Assembly: GCF_009914755.1 (NCBI RefSeq)
Contig: NC_060932.1
Source of the DNA: the human T2T-CHM13v2.0 reference genome, Homo sapiens
DNA length: 64,000 bases
Reading direction: 5' to 3' (one strand)
Positions within the stretch are counted from its first letter, which is position 1. Each line of letters starts with the position of its first letter. Shown piece by piece: positions 13,933-28,689 of this stretch. Below the pieces are notes generated by a model. It did not search any database. It was given only the letters and a program-made list of their open reading frames with translations, and was not told the origin of the DNA. A program made the translations under genes and the position numbers.

Positions 13933-15099
13933 TGTAGACTGTGGCACACTAAGGAATAATGGAGAATGTAGGAATAAGAGAATAACTCCACCAACAGCCA
14001 TTATCTACCTGGAGAAATTCCAGGCAGGGCATTTCAGGAAGTACCTCTGGTATTTCAACAGGTGAACATCTTTCTGTGTAATTTATTTTTGTGTTGGAAC
14101 ACGAGCTTATGGATTGCTGGATCCCATCCCAGAAGTGGCTACCCCTCCACTGCAGATAAGAATAAGAGCTCCGAGGGTGGGACTGTCAGCCCATATTGTT
14201 GAGGTTTTGATTTATTACCCAAGAGTTGTGTTCTAAAGATTCCCTCATTTAAAGTACATGCCTCTGGGATCCATGAAATTCCCAAGGTGGAGAAACAAGA
14301 ATGGATGTAACTAGGCTAGATGGAAGACTGGGAGAATAGGTGATAGTTACTGAAAAGCCTGGCAGGGTTGGGGCTGGCATCAGAATCCCCTGAGGCCCAT
14401 TCCCTCCCAGAGCCAACATCCAAGCAAGGCGGAGTGTCCCCATAAGAAACATGGGAGAAACATGCCACTCCCTTCAGTTACACCCTTTGTTCTTTCAGTC
14501 ATTTAAATATTTGAATATAAAGGGATGTAACGGTGAATAATGGATGCAGTGATGTCCTCTGGAGCTTGCTCAGTTCCAGTGCAGGAGACAGACAATAAAT
14601 GTAGATTTTAGTCAGTGGCAAGTTCATGCAGAAAAATCAGCACTGTAATAGGATGAGGCGCGATGAGCCTCCAGATGCTGTGTGGCTGCTAGGTCTGGGG
14701 AGGTGCCATGCAAACAGGGAAGCCAGAGGCCCATTGATCTCTGTTGTCCACACGCACCACTGTGGATGCAGCTTCAATGGTCTCACTGATAGAACAACAT
14801 AATAATGCTTTTGATGTATTCTCCTGTGGGTCTCAGAAGTCTAGTAGAGCTCATGAAAGTAAAGAGAAGTATTTGGGTTTCAGTCAATCTTAGCTTCCCA
14901 GATTCCAAGCATCCATATGAGAATGCTTCATTTAGTAAGTTTTGAATCTATGAAATTTACTCTGTACTGTACGGAAAACCTGTAGGAATGTTTTAAACTC
15001 ATTTTTTGTTTGTCTTTCCCCTTGAATTGCCCAGGGACTATGCCAGATAGCAGAAATTATATAACGTTGGGAGTCTTCATAATTAGTTTACTTTTTAAG

Positions 15100-16600
15100 T
15101 TAATTTTATTATGACAATGTAATATAGCTACACATTCTGCATAGTATCCTTTAACCATGCCTCTTTGCTTATAGACAAAGTCTTCTTTTTATAGAGTTAA
15201 TGACCTCCTTTTTGTCTTTCGCCGTATTTTCTAATATATCTGGAGTTAGATTATTTTCCCAAATGTTCCAGCATTCCTGCCATATGCCTTTGAATAATAT
15301 TTCATGTGTGCTCATACAGACCTCTTTCCTGTATCTCTATTCCAGGGTCATTTCAGGGCCAGTTGCCCTCTAAGCTGTTCCAACAGCTGCTGTGCTGTGA
15401 CTTCTCATCAACAGAATGTGGGAACCGCCTTTGGCTGCCCTTCTGGATGGAATCCCCTCTTTTCTTGGATCTCATATCTCTTTCTTTGTAGGTTTATTCT
15501 CTCACCTTACTGAAGCACACCCTCTGTAAGCCTCCTAAGTAAAGGGGCCTGGAAAGTATATTTTTAATCTCTGCATATCTACAAGTATCTTTATTCTATC
15601 CTTCTGCTTGAAGAAGGATTCTCTGAGCATAAAACTGTAGGTTAATGATTATTATCTCTTAAAAATAATTTCCCTCAATTTTGAAGACATTAAATGCTCT
15701 TTTTAAGTACAGCACCATTTTGGTTCCTGAATGTGCCCAGATTTTTCTCTAGAAGCTTTTAAGATCCTCTCTTTGTCTCTGGTGCTCTGGAATTTTACAG
15801 AAACTTGCCTTACTGTGGATTTTTTGTTTCTTTATTCTCTAGATATTCCAGCCCTAGAAGTACTTGTATCCCTTCATCTGATTAACTTTTAATATTATTT
15901 ATTAAACAATTTCTCCCCTTCAACATCTTCTATTACCCTTGCTTATAATTGTTATTACTTGCTTACTGCATCTGCTGGGATGGATCCTCTAATTTTTATG
16001 ATCTTTTCTTTCCTGTTTTCTAACTTTTGTCATTTTACTTTCTAGGACACTTCTTTGATATTTCTTCAAGCCCACCTATTGAATCTTTAAATTTTAAGTA
16101 TATATTTAATTTCCAAAGTTTATTTTTGCCTTTTTCTGTTGTTGGGTTTTTTAAGTGCGTTTGCTTTTTATTTTAGGGCTGCACTAACTTCCCTTTTTTC
16201 TCTATTTCATTTCCTAGGCCTTTTGAAGTTCTCTGCAAATGTCCTTTGCATATCTTGTTTTCCTTCAGGTCGCTTTTGTTCTGTTTGATTATTTGAGTAG
16301 TCTCTGCCTTTCATGTTAGAGGTTTGGCTGCCCATTACCATTTAAAAGGGAGTTCCTAAAACTCAGAGCGGAATCTCAGCGTGGAGGTGGGAGTTGCTGA
16401 TGATGGAGTGTGCTGTATGAAATCACATGCAGAGCTGACTTTCTCCAAATTAGAACCCCTAACTTCAGCAGGCGTCTCCCCCAGATCATACCTTCCTAGG
16501 GCTGATCAGTTTCTTCAGAGGGAAAAATAATTCCTTTCTGGAAAGCATCCTGTGTTCTGTTCCTTGCCTTATGAGAGCTCAGCAGAGCGGGGAGCTAAAG
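15100..16600 (-). mobile_element. Ancient L1 ORF1 / HAL1-like fragment
   Basis: T-rich antisense LINE composition with TCTTTATTCT..CCTT, TTGAAGACATT, CTAGAAGCTTTTAAGATC-type motifs. Boundaries approximate. Confidence 0.55.
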
Positions 16601-18582
16601 GTCCCACCCTTTGAAGGCTCCCTTTACCCTAGTCCTCCTGCTATCAAACTGCTCCCGCCTGCCAAGGACCCCCTGGATGCTGGCAGAGGTGGCAAGTGGT
16701 GTGGGAGCTTGCCTCACTGCCATATTAGGGTGGGGTTTCAGGAGCCCACTACTGCTCTATTTGGTGCTTCACAGGCTCTGTCTTTTCAACTTTGTTTCTG
16801 AGCCCACACTCTCTCAATTCCTGCTCTTTGGGGGGTGGTGCCAGGCAAATGCACTCACTTCTCCCTGGGATCTTCCCCAGACACTTCGAATGATTGCCAC
16901 CGTCCTGTGAGATTAGTTCCAATTCATCTGTACACTTTGTGTCTCTCTTATTCTTTCTGCTGTGTTTATTATTTTCATTTTAACAGGGAGTTGGGAATAA
17001 AAAGAGATAAACTAAATAAATCTTGCTACCATTTTGAACCAAAAGTAACCTTAAGGTTACTTTTTAATCACTGATTTTGTATAATTACACATTATTTAAA
17101 TGATAGCAGTCAGACTATTTATCTAATATTCTGTGTATGATGCTATAATCTTTAGAACCCATTATGCAGAAAATGCTAAATTCTGTAGTACATGAACATG
17201 ATATGGTAAAGATTTTATACAGATAGTAATTATAAATTATTTGATTAAGCATGACTTCTCCTTTATAAATACTCATCGAGAAAAAAATCTGTCAGCTATG
17301 CCAGACTTGTTTTCGTAGCTGTCGTGATTTAGATTCTGAGGTACACTTTCCCGCTGCGCATACTTCCTTTGGAAGACAGAATAAAAGCAGATTTCTGAGT
17401 TAATTAAGAGTGTTTGTGACAGGGATTTGATTTTGTTCTATTTATATAGAATATGTGTTTTTCGGATTCTTTACAAATGCAAAGGATAAGATATCCATGT
17501 AGGACAAAGGTCTTGTTAATTTTATATCTTTTATATCTCTGCTAGCCTACTTTACCCTGTTTCCCTTTTATTTGTTTCTGTTTCTGATTATTTAATAAAA
17601 GTGTCAACCTAGTGAAGGAGACAAAGTGGAAGGCTAGGTTCCCCATTAACATCTTACTGTTCAATAGGTTGAATTAGGATTGGGCTCTATTTTACTGACT
17701 AGAGGCCACATATACTGGCAGAACATTCAGTACTGGATTCGTTGGGTTACTCAGTCAGCCCACAGTAAGATGATTTGTACTAGAGGGAGCTCTTCACGTC
17801 CCTAATGACAATGAAATTGTGAAACCCTCAGCTTCTCTGGTAACAAAGCACAGCAGACCATTGCTAAGAGGAGTTGTAGTGGATCAATTCTTGGGTTGCA
17901 CTGTCTACCAGAAATGCTTCCATCTCAAAGCCAAACAGATGGAACAGCCTAGTTACAAATAGAGATTGGGATTTCATGTTACGCTGCACAGGCAACCTTT
18001 TTCACTTGAGCTTTTCATTATCCTTGTTTATAGTCCTTAAATCTCAGAAATGCTGTCATAACCCATACTCTAGTGATGTATGTGAAGAGAGGTGGAAGGT
18101 AGGAAGGCGCATCCTAAATATGCCTGATGCATTTTGGGGAGATGCTAAAGGATGAGAAAGCCACCCTGTTTGCATCACTGATACTAGAACTGACTTGCAT
18201 ATTTAGGTGGAACTTAAACTTAGAAGCGTATGTTGTTTTCAAAACTTTTCCCATCACTCTACACTCATCTCTATTAAAATAGTCACTTAAAATGTAGAAT
18301 TCATGAAGGAGACTTAGGAAATGTCAAATATGGTATCTCTGACTCTAGTTCCTCTAAATAGATTACATGATAATGAGGAATTTTTAAAGAAAAATGATTC
18401 TTTTTACGTTTGGTAGACCGCAACGTCAACTCTGCCCCAAATCCTTGTTCTTTGGTGCTGATTTTTTTAAAATCTCTTATCAAAATATAACTTTAAAGCA
18501 CTTCAGTTTACAGTAAGAAATCATTGAAATCTAGAATTGTTCTGCTTAGATTATTGTAATTTGTACATGAAAATATTATTGA

Positions 18583-18867
18583 GGCCAGGTGCAGTGGCTT
18601 ATGCCTGTAATCCCAGCACTTTAGGAAGCCAGGGTGGGTGGATCAGCTTGAGCCCAGGAGTTCGAGACCAGCCTGAGCAACATGGCAAGACCCTTCTCCA
18701 CAAAAAATATAAAAATTAGCTGGGCGTGGTGGCGCATGCCTGTAGCCCCAGCTACTCAAGGGGCTAAGGTGGATGGATCACTTGATCCTGGGAAGTTGAG
18801 GCTGCAGTGAGCCATGGTCCCGCCAGTGCACTCCAGCCTGGGTGACAGAGAAAGAAAAAAAAAGAAA
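18583..18867 (+). mobile_element. AluJ
   Basis: J-type diagnostics TTGAGCCCAGGAGTTCGAG and GAGGCTGCAGTGAGCCATG. TSD-like TTATTGA on both sides. Confidence 0.93.
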
Positions 18868-19344
18868 GTTATTGAGAAACTCTTTCAAAGAACACTATTA
18901 ATGTGTTAAATTTCTTTTGTTTCTTATCTCATCTTCTCAATGCAGTGTCAATTTAATATCCTCATAGACATGAATCGTTTCATATGATTGTGCTTTATTG
19001 CCTTCAGTACTATTTAAAAAACATTTTAATCCATGGCATATTCTGAACCATAATAATGGAAAAAGACTTTTTGTTCAAAAAGAGACTTCATTTTAAAATT
19101 TTGGAACAATTTAGGAGATAGTCTCATTTTTCTGATTTTTAGGCCAAAGTTTGACCCTAGGTTATTTTCTCAATATTAAAATATGACAAATGTGAGAGCC
19201 CATTTCTCCATATAAAATGTCTTATGACCTGAGAAACATGTCAATTTACATTGTAATTTTAACCTCTTGTTATTTTTTAAAATCATGATTGTTCCTTTAT
19301 TTGGGAAGCAGATTATGGATCTCTGTCTCTTCCCCCAGCTGTTT

Positions 19345-20970
19345 TCTTTAAACATTTTACTTTGAAATTACAGATTCACAAGAAGTTGCAAAGATGGTAG
19401 AAGTTTCATGTGTCACCCGGTACCCTCCCATGGCTATATGTCTTATATAATTATAGTACAGTATCAAACCAGGAAGTTGAGCTTGTATGTATAGTTCATT
19501 TTATCACTTGCATAGATTTGTGTAACCACCACCACAATCAAGATCCTATTCTGTACCACAGAGATCCTGTGCTTTACAAGCACCCTCATGACTCCTCATC
19601 CTTATCTCCTGAAAACCACTAAATCTGTTCTCCATCTCTCTAATTTTGAGAATGTTATATACATACAGTATGTGACTGTGTGACATTGGCTTTTTTTCAT
19701 GCAGCTGTTCCTCAGATACATCCCAGTCGTTGCATGCCTCAATAGTTCGTTCCTTTTCATTGCTGAGTATCAGCCATTGTATGGATATACCATAGTTTAG
19801 TTAACCATTTGCCCATTCAGAGACATTTTGGTTGCTTCTAGTTTGGAGCTATTACAAGTAAAGCTGCTCTGAACAACTGTGTATAGTTTTTGTGTGGATA
19901 TAGTTTTCATTTCTCTGGAATAAATGCCCAGGAGTGCACTTGCTGGGTTCTATGGTAAGTGTATGTTTAGTTTTTCAAGAAACTGCCCAGCTATTTACCA
20001 GGGTGTCTCTACACTATTACATTCCTACTATCAAGGCATATAGTGATAGAGTTTCTCTGCATTCTTGCCAGCATTTATTGGGTGGTGTGTCTCTCTCTCT
20101 TTTTTTTTAATCTTACTTGTTCTAACAAGTGTGTAGTGATAGCTCATTCATGAATAGTGATAGATTTTAATGTCTTATAATGTTGACATCTTTTCATATG
20201 TCTATTTGCCCTTTTTATATGCCCTTTGTTGAAATGTCTTTTGCCCATTTTCCAATTGGATTGTTTGGTTTTTTTAAAGTTGAGTTCTGAGAACTCTTTG
20301 TATGTTCTAGATATGAGCCCTTTGTCAGATGTATATCATGCAGATATTTTCCCCAGTCTGTTGCCTATCTTTTCATCCTTTTAACAGAGCCCTTCACAGA
20401 TAAAAAGTTTTTGTAATTCTAATCAGTCAAATTTATCAGTTTTCTTTCATGGATCACTCTTTTGATGTCATATCAAAGAACCCTTCATCAAGCCACAGAT
20501 CCTAAAGATTTTCTTCTTTGTTGTTTCCTAATAATAACATTTTTTTATTTTACAGTTGACTCTATGATTTTGAGTTAATTTTTGTATAAGGTATGAGATA
20601 AAAGGTATGAGGTCAACGTTTATATTTTTGCCTGTGGATATCCAGTTGCTCCAGCACCATTTGTTGAAAAGTCCAGTCCTTTTTCTTTGAATTGCTTTTG
20701 CACCTTTGTCAAAAATCAGTTGGCTTAACTTGTGTGGGGCTCTTTCTGGGTTATATGTTGTGCTCCACTGATCTGTGCATCTGTCCTTCCATCATACCAC
20801 AATCTTGATTACTGTAGCTAGATAATGTCTTGAAATTGAGTACACTGATTCCTCATTCTTTATTCTTTTATCTCAGAACTGTTTTAGCTATTATACTCCT
20901 TTGCCTTTCCATATAAGTTTTAGCATAATCTTGCATAAGCTCGCAAATAACTGATGGGAGGTTTTGCTTG
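19345..20970 (-). mobile_element. Old L1 (L1MB/L1MC-like) 3' UTR and ORF2 end
   Basis: GTTCCTTTTCATTGCTGAGTA, TAAATGCCCAGGAGTG, CCAGCACCATTTGTTGAAAAG, CTTGATTACTGTAGCT are antisense L1 hallmarks. Confidence 0.88.
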
Positions 20971-21039
20971 ACCTTCTCCCTCATTTTCATCTGGCCCACT
21001 TTTCTTACACCTGCTTCTTCTTTATTGTCTATCTTGTCT

Positions 21040-21416
21040 TATATGATTGTCTACATAGAAAATCTCAAATAATCTACACAAAAATGTAAATAAAAAACCC
21101 TAGAACCAAAAGGTGAGTTCAGCAAGTTCGCAGAATATAAGATCAACAGACAAAAGTCAATTGTATTTCTCAATAGTGGTGAGTATGTGGAAACTCATGT
21201 TAAAAATACTATACCATTTACATTGGCTCAAAAAAAATGTAATACTTAAAAATAAATCTAATAAAACACATCTAGAACTTATATGCTGAAACCTACAAAA
21301 CACTGATGAAAAAAATCAAAAGTCTAAATAAATGGAGAGGAAGATCCCTATTTATGGACAGGAAGGCTCAACCTAGTGAAGATGTCAGATTTCCTCAAAG
21401 TAAACAGGTTTAGCGC
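21040..21416 (+). mobile_element. L1 ORF2 (RT C-terminal region) fragment in opposite orientation
   Basis: ATATGATTGTCTACATAGAAAATC, GAGTTCAGCAAGTT.GCAGAATATAAGATCAAC, CTAAATAAATGGAGAG, AAGATGTCA. Confidence 0.85.
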
Positions 21417-21609
21417 AGTGGTTCTCAAATTCCATAAGGGGTTTTGGAGATTCTCTTTTAATCCATTTCATTTTTACAAGAACATCTAGAATTTGCATGT
21501 GTTTGGATGGATTGACCAGGGAAGTGATTTTTCTCACAATACACAAGTACTGTCAGTATGTCCAATTAAAAATAACCGTTTTACTATAAAAATATAGTTC
21601 ACACCTTCT

Positions 21610-21830
21610 GTATGACAGACAGGCCCTGTGCTCAGTGTCTTCCAGCCTTCACGCCATATCACCTTCACTATCACCCTGTGAGGAAGGTGCTGTTATTATC
21701 CCATTTAACACATGGGAAAAGGGAATCACACAAATGGAATTCTCTTGTCCAGAGTCACAGAGCTAAAAGACAGGGAAGCAGGATTCAGACTAGACCAACA
21801 TGAGTCCTGCATCTGCTCTGCGTTCAGTGT
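21610..21830 (-). mobile_element. MIR
   Basis: ACCCTGTGAGGAAGG...TTATCCCATTTAACA...AGTCACAGAGCTA. Confidence 0.65.
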
Positions 21831-24791
21831 TCCACGGCCTCCTAGGGGTCTTAGGGCCTTCTTTGGTTTCATCAGGATTCTCACATCAAGTGCTCTCAGA
21901 GAATTCTACTTTTCGAAAAATCACTGTAATCCTTACATCACTTCCCTCACCAGCACCCTGTGAGGCCCTGTTTTGAGTTTCCCCAGTCTACTCTAGGATT
22001 TCAGTTTCAGTTAGAGAGCTGAACCCAAGGATTATTTAAATTGTCCAGCCATAGGGAAACATTTGATAGATACTTTTCAGGAAAAAAAAAATTAACTGTG
22101 TTTTGAGAATGTTGATTAAAAGAGCCCTTCTCATCTGTCAGAGAAGGATGGCTGTATAAGTATTTGTCTTTTGCCCTGCAAGTGGGGGAAATGGATTTGG
22201 GGATGACACATCACTTTTCTGAGGTATCAGAGGAAGTAGGTCACATTTTGCTGTTGATCATAATGTTTGAAAAAGCTGGCATTGAAAAATGAGAAATTGC
22301 ATTTTGAGTAGTTCTTTGTCCAAAGACTAGAAATATTTTCTGAGACAAACAATAAGTTTTATATTTTTTTTTCCATCATCTCCCTAGGATAACTTTTCTT
22401 TTGTGGTCAGTTTTAGCCTGCTAAAAGGAATCATTGGCTCTTCATAGACGTATTGGCTGCATTTATTGAAATGTCTTTTCAAGTATCCTTGTAAACACAG
22501 GAAAGCTTCACCTCCTGAGTTCTAGAAACAACGCTGGGAGTGATCCAGAATGCCTTAGTAAATAAAATAGATGAAGGTTTAAAAGACTCCGTCTATCTTT
22601 AGAGCTATTAAACAAAAGAGAAACATTCAACATCTTCCCTCTAATAGTCAATAAGAAAGAAGAATGTCACAAAAGAGTTCGATCCCCTCTAGGCTAATGG
22701 AAGGGAAACCACCTGAGTCAGAGTTGGTCTGGAGAGGCAAGCATTACACCCAGTGGTCTCTGATGTCATCTCAGCTCTGAGCCAGTGGCCTCAGGGGTAC
22801 TGTGTCCCAACTGGAGAATTAACAAGGTGATTACTGAACTGTAATTGCTGGCTAAATGTCTTCCAAAGACTATCATAATCTCAGAAATAAGCTGACACAT
22901 TACATGCAAATATAACATGACCTTTTAGCACAGTTTATTGCAGAAACATCCACCTCTCGATAACATTAGAAGCTGCCTCCGTTCTCCAGTCAGCCACCCC
23001 CTTCGGGGCCCCTGTTGGTAGTATTTTAGCCCAATAAATGGCTCCTGTCCAGTGGTTCCCTTGGCCTGGAGGAAAGGAAGGCGCTGCTGGAGGCACTGTA
23101 CACATTCTGTACCTTCTCATACATGCTGTATGAGAAGTATGTGAGGCTCGAGGCTCAGGACCATAAAGGATGTGAGGGATCAACCCTGGCACAGATTGCG
23201 GCTACTAGAACAGGGAGGAACAAAAGGCTGACAGCTTACCAAGGCAGAGCCACACCCATGCAGGGTCTCCAGTGCCCACGGCTGATGAGATGCCCCGCAT
23301 CCTGCTCCTTCTTTCTTCCGCTCTTACTTTTTTCATCCAGTCTGCTTAAACCTCCCTCTTCTTTACTGTCTTTTTTTTTCTTAGATTTAATCTACTTATC
23401 AAAAACATTCTTGTCACTTTCTTAATATATTGCAATGATTTTTTTAATGCTTAAATTCTTATTACAGTTTATCTTTAAAATTCTGCCTTCATGTTCTGTC
23501 TTCATGTTCCTTTCTTCTTGCTTTGAAAGTAGAAGTTTCAAAGAAACATAGAACCTATTAGAAAGGAACTTGACATTCACCTGCCTCCTCCTTACACCCA
23601 TTATAGGAATCCCCTCTAAAATTTCTTGAACAGATGTTAAGTCTACCTCTGCATGAAGCATTCCTAGGATAAAAAGCTAGCACTTCTTTAAAAACCAATG
23701 AATTCTAGTTTTGAACAGTTTGAATTGTTCAAAAATTCTTCCTTCTGTTAATCTGCAAATTGCCTTTATAGTCTATGATGTTCATCTGATAATGTTTTCT
23801 CCAGTTCGTTAAAAAGAACAGTAGCTAACATATATTGCCGCCTCTACGATCATGAGTCCTGGTATCAGCCCCATGGCACAGCTAAGGAACCTAAAGTTAG
23901 AGAGACGATTCTTCAAGGTCATGCAGTGGTAAATGGGGGAGGGGACTCACATGTTCTGACCCTAGGACCTAGAACCTGCGGTCACACCAGCCTTTCCTCC
24001 TTATAGGCACAGTTTACATTTTCCCTTAGAATCCAACTATAAAATCTCCTCCATCTCTACCCTGAATTGTGCAATCTGTTCTGTGGAATGTATGTGAATG
24101 CCTGAGCATGCCACAAAAACAGGGAATTGTGTCTCTTCCATTCATGTCAATACCTCCAGTGCTAGTAACAGTGCCCAGCGTGAGTATAAATTGAATGATT
24201 GAATCCCTTCCTTAGCTATTATATTACTCTATGAATTCTTAGCTGTTTTCTCCTAGGATCTGATTCCCTGTTGATAAACTTTAAGTTCACAGAAGCAGTA
24301 CGTTCTTCCTCTGTCTTACAGATGATGAAATTATCACTCATCAGATGATTTGCTTCTGCCAGATGTCTAGCAAATGGAGAGTTGCAGCAACCTGTCCCTA
24401 TTAGGTTTTGCCTCCATGACCATGAGGCCGTTGTTTACACATCAGCGTCTAAGAATATTCCCACAACAGTATCACTGTCTTCCTTTTCATGCTCTCTGCC
24501 TTGTGCCCACCCTCAGCCTCCAACAGCAATCCATATAGGCACAGGCCCCATCCCACAGAAGCTCTCTTCACTGCCACTCCTTTAGAGCCCTTATGATTAA
24601 AAAGGCCTTCTCCTCCAACGCCACCGACCAGTTAAGAAAAATCCCATATAACCGCCTGACACCTATAAGTCATTATTCTCTGGGTTCAAATTTTTGGTCA
24701 CATTTTAATCCCCCTGTTCTCAGCATTAGTGTAAAGTCTTTCCTGTATCAATGCATTTTTCTTTCTGTTGTGTCATTCCCAACATGCTGCC

Positions 24792-24940
24792 TTTTTTTTT
24801 CTCTGTTGCCCAGGTGGAGTGTAGTGGCAAAATCATAGCTTACTGCAGCCTCGAACCCCTGGTCTCAAGCATTCCTCTTGCCTCACCTCCCCCGCAACCC
24901 CATTAGCTGGGATTCCAGGCATGAGCCACTGCTCCCAGCC
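24792..24940 (-). mobile_element. Alu monomer (FRAM/FAM-like)
   Basis: Single arm with right-arm body and own 5' end. TSD-like CATGCT on both sides. Confidence 0.8.
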
Positions 24941-27900
24941 CATGCTACTGTTTTTACCATTGAAAAATAAATATCCTCTCTTGGTTCTGCTTACCAGCCT
25001 CTAACTATTACCTCCTCTCCAAACTCATGAAACAAGCCACCTATATCACCGTCTCCTGTTTTATTCTTCCCATCTCTCCTGAAACCCTGCCAATCACTTT
25101 ACCAAAACCCTTCTTATCTAAGTCAACAGTAATTTCCACCTTAGTAAATCCTTGCTCTGCTTTTCTTTTCAGCACCCATGCTTGTCATACTACATACTAT
25201 ATTGATCCATTGATTAATTGATTGATTGCCATATATGTGAGCTCCACATAGTGTTTATTTTGTTCACTGCCTGGCACATTTGTAGATGCTCAGTAAACAC
25301 TTGCTGAATGAACAAATACTCTAGTGGGGGTGTCCTGCCTTCTAGTTCTTCTGCCTATATAAACTTGATTAAACAGGTTCCCTTTGAAGTGATTCCCTTG
25401 AGGGCAGAGCTTAGGGGAAAGTTGCATTGCGTGGGTCTGCATGGTTGAAGGATCTGTCGCCAGAGATGGGCTCAGGCTTCACCAGGATAAGCTGATTTTT
25501 ATCTAATCAGGTCATGACTAGACTGTTGGTTTTCTGTTGCCCAGAATATATTCTAATTTCCTTAGAAAGATATTAGAATACTTATTTTCCACGAAGGAGG
25601 GTGTCGCCACATTTTGAGATCCCCTTGGAGAATCTCACCAAAGAGCTTTTATTGTCACTGCCTCATATTGGATTCATTGGGCCTATTTTTTATATTTTAT
25701 GAATGCCTCTCCTCAAAAAGTTTTCACATCATCTTCCTGCCTCTCACTCCCCCTCACTGATGTATCCTCCAGCACAGCAAGTACTCCTAACCGCGGCTTC
25801 TCCCTGTAGTAGGTACACACTCTTCCACCGTAGCAGGAAGGAGTTTTGCTGTGAAAGCAGCATGGGGCTTGGCATCGTACAGGCTGGGGGTGGTGAGGGG
25901 GGCGCTGGCCAGTATTTTTTTTTTTCCTTCCTGGCTGATGTTCAGGTCTGGCCCCTCTTCAGTCCTTGTGGCCACAGATGTTTCCATGACCATCCAGAGC
26001 AGTCTTAGGGCACAGGCTTAGAATACAGATGGCCCCGAGGTGGACAGCAGCTCCTTCAGCTCACTGACCGCAGGCAAGTCATTGAGACCCTCCATGTCTC
26101 TGCTTCCCCATCTGTCAAGTGGGAGAATGACAGGTGCTGGGCAGGGCAGGTAAATAGGAGACATCCACCCTGCCTGGCATGAGGTCTGGCTGCTGACAGG
26201 CGGCCAACAAATGATTGCTGCTGTGGTTCCTCTTCTTAAATTGAAGGTGCCTGTGCCCAAAATCAAAAGCTTAAGAGATCATGAGGCACCAAATATCAGC
26301 AACTACCTTATACTGCAAGCAAAATTATGCTCTTTCTTGTTAAAACGTAGGAGAAAACTTCATTTCTAACTCAACAACAAGAAAGCTAGAGACTGAGAAT
26401 AAAATAACTGTTTCTAAAAGCCAACTCCCTTTTTCACTTTGGGGAGTTATTTTTCTTTAGTAAACAAGAGTGAGAAGCTTAAATGTTAATCAAGATAGAA
26501 GCAAGTGGTATCATTTTAACATAAAAGCATGATGGAATCATGTAAAAAAAAGTACATTTTATTTTAATGTATATTGAAGGCAAAGTTTTCATGTCTAATG
26601 AAAGATGTATTTTGCCCTCCCAGCAATGTCTGTAATTTTTTAAAGTATTGATCAGATTACTTTTAATGTTGGTTTTAGATTATTATAATCCTTAGAGAGC
26701 CTCTTAAGTGAGCTCGATTTTGTTTTTTTTTTTTTTCTTTTTGATAGCAGGCACAAATGGGGAGGCCGGTAAGTGAACAAAGCCACTTTCATAATACATT
26801 AGGTGAGGTTTTTAGATTTGTATTCTTTTATCTTGGGGCAAAGGCACATCCTGAACTAAACACATGTCACACGAGAATCTCTACAAGGGATTCCAAACTC
26901 TGCTGTCCGCCAGTATCTGCTGTTCTGGGCAGGCAGGAGCCAGGCAGCTGCCCTCCGGTGTCCCATCCTTGGGGAAGGAGGGTCAGTACCACCACTCACC
27001 ATTCGGGAATGAGGACTGTAAGGCAAGAGCCCAGGAGGAAGGATGGGACTCAGAGGGAGAGGTCAGAAAAGACTTCCCTGTAGTTTTGTTAACTCTTTTT
27101 TCAGCTTGGAAGACTCAAGGAGGGGAGGAGATTCCAGGAGAGAGCGCAGAATGTGGAGGCAGGCATCAGAGAGCCTGGGAAGGAGGAGGGCATCTTGGTC
27201 AGGGGAGGCTGGATAGAGGGGACAGAGCCTGTGGTCACAGACCCACATCCCCCTGACACCAGTCTCTCCTCTCCCTCCTAAGGCAGTGTCTACCTTTAGG
27301 CACAGCTGGACCCAACCTAGCTCTGCCCAGTGGAGCCCACGTCTGCTGCTTTCCTTTCAAGGAGCTTAATGGCAGAGCTGAACTGGGCCTGGGCAAGGTG
27401 GATGAACTTATTAGTCATTGCTGAGCTTCCTGTCACTTGAACCCAAAAATATATTTCAAGTGCAAATTGTGATGAAACCTTACCTTTAACATTCTAGGCT
27501 TGAAAATGATTTTATGTAAGACACGTTAAGTGCTGGAAAGATGAAAATATGTGCTGCAATAAATAGGTGTCTATCGTCTTACGTGTCTTATTTTGAAGAT
27601 TATTTATCCCACAGTTCAGTCTGAATCCACAGAAGTGAAAAATAAACTGTTCTTTTCAGAATATACTTAAGGCAAAGAACTAGTTGTTCTAACAACTGCT
27701 ATACAAAGAACTCTTCAAGAGATGGAAAATAATTCTAGGTGTTTTTTGACAAATGAGATCAACAATATTCACTATTTTTTTAAGTGAACTCACTGGTTCT
27801 GCTGTAAAATTCTACCTTGTATTCATTTCCTTTTGCCCCTTATTTGTGCTCTAAGCAGAATTCAGTGCTAATGTGTTTCTTAGGTGGTGAATAAGCAGTC

Positions 27901-28689
27901 TCCATGTATTTGCCTTATATTGGAGATTACTCCAATCAAAAGGAGGTACTTGGAGTATCGTTTCAAATATATACACATTCCCAACTTCACTTCCCAAGAT
28001 TTTATCTGACATTTTCATTGGGCCTTTACAATATGAAAGGGTGTGCTAGGTATTCTACTGAATGCTTAACATTTTAGTTCAACTCTGGGAACATTTGAAA
28101 TAATGCCTACTATGTGCATAGCTGAGGGCTTTACTAAAAATAGCAGTAAAATTAGGTGATCTCTGCTCTTCATATGCTCTGTGCAGTAAGATAGAATGAA
28201 ACCACAGTCTTATGTTACTGTTCTTTTTCAAATCTTTCATTATTTTCTTCAAAGTTCAGCCAACTTTGACAGATCCACAGTCAGCAGCGTAAAGAAGGAA
28301 AATTTAAAATGAACAGAACTCAGTTTATAAACATTTTACCTTCTTTTTTGTGCATTTAAGCTATTAACAAGTAGCATGGTTATTTGGTTTAACAAAAAAT
28401 CAAGGCTTTTTTTCGTCCTTCACCCTCTGGAGGAAGCTGGTATTAATACTAAACAGTGAATGGTCAAAAGAGTAGATTTTCAGAAGTAAAATATAATTAG
28501 TGTGGGTGCCTGAGCCATATTACTTTAATATAAAGCATTTAAAAATACATTTGGTGCTTCATACATATCTCTTTAACAGCTGAAACAACACTGTGATAAG
28601 GTGGGGTGGGCCAAGCCATCCTTGTACCCACTTTGGTATGAAGCCCTTGCCCCTCCATAGCTGAACATCTTAGACATCCTCTTTAAATG

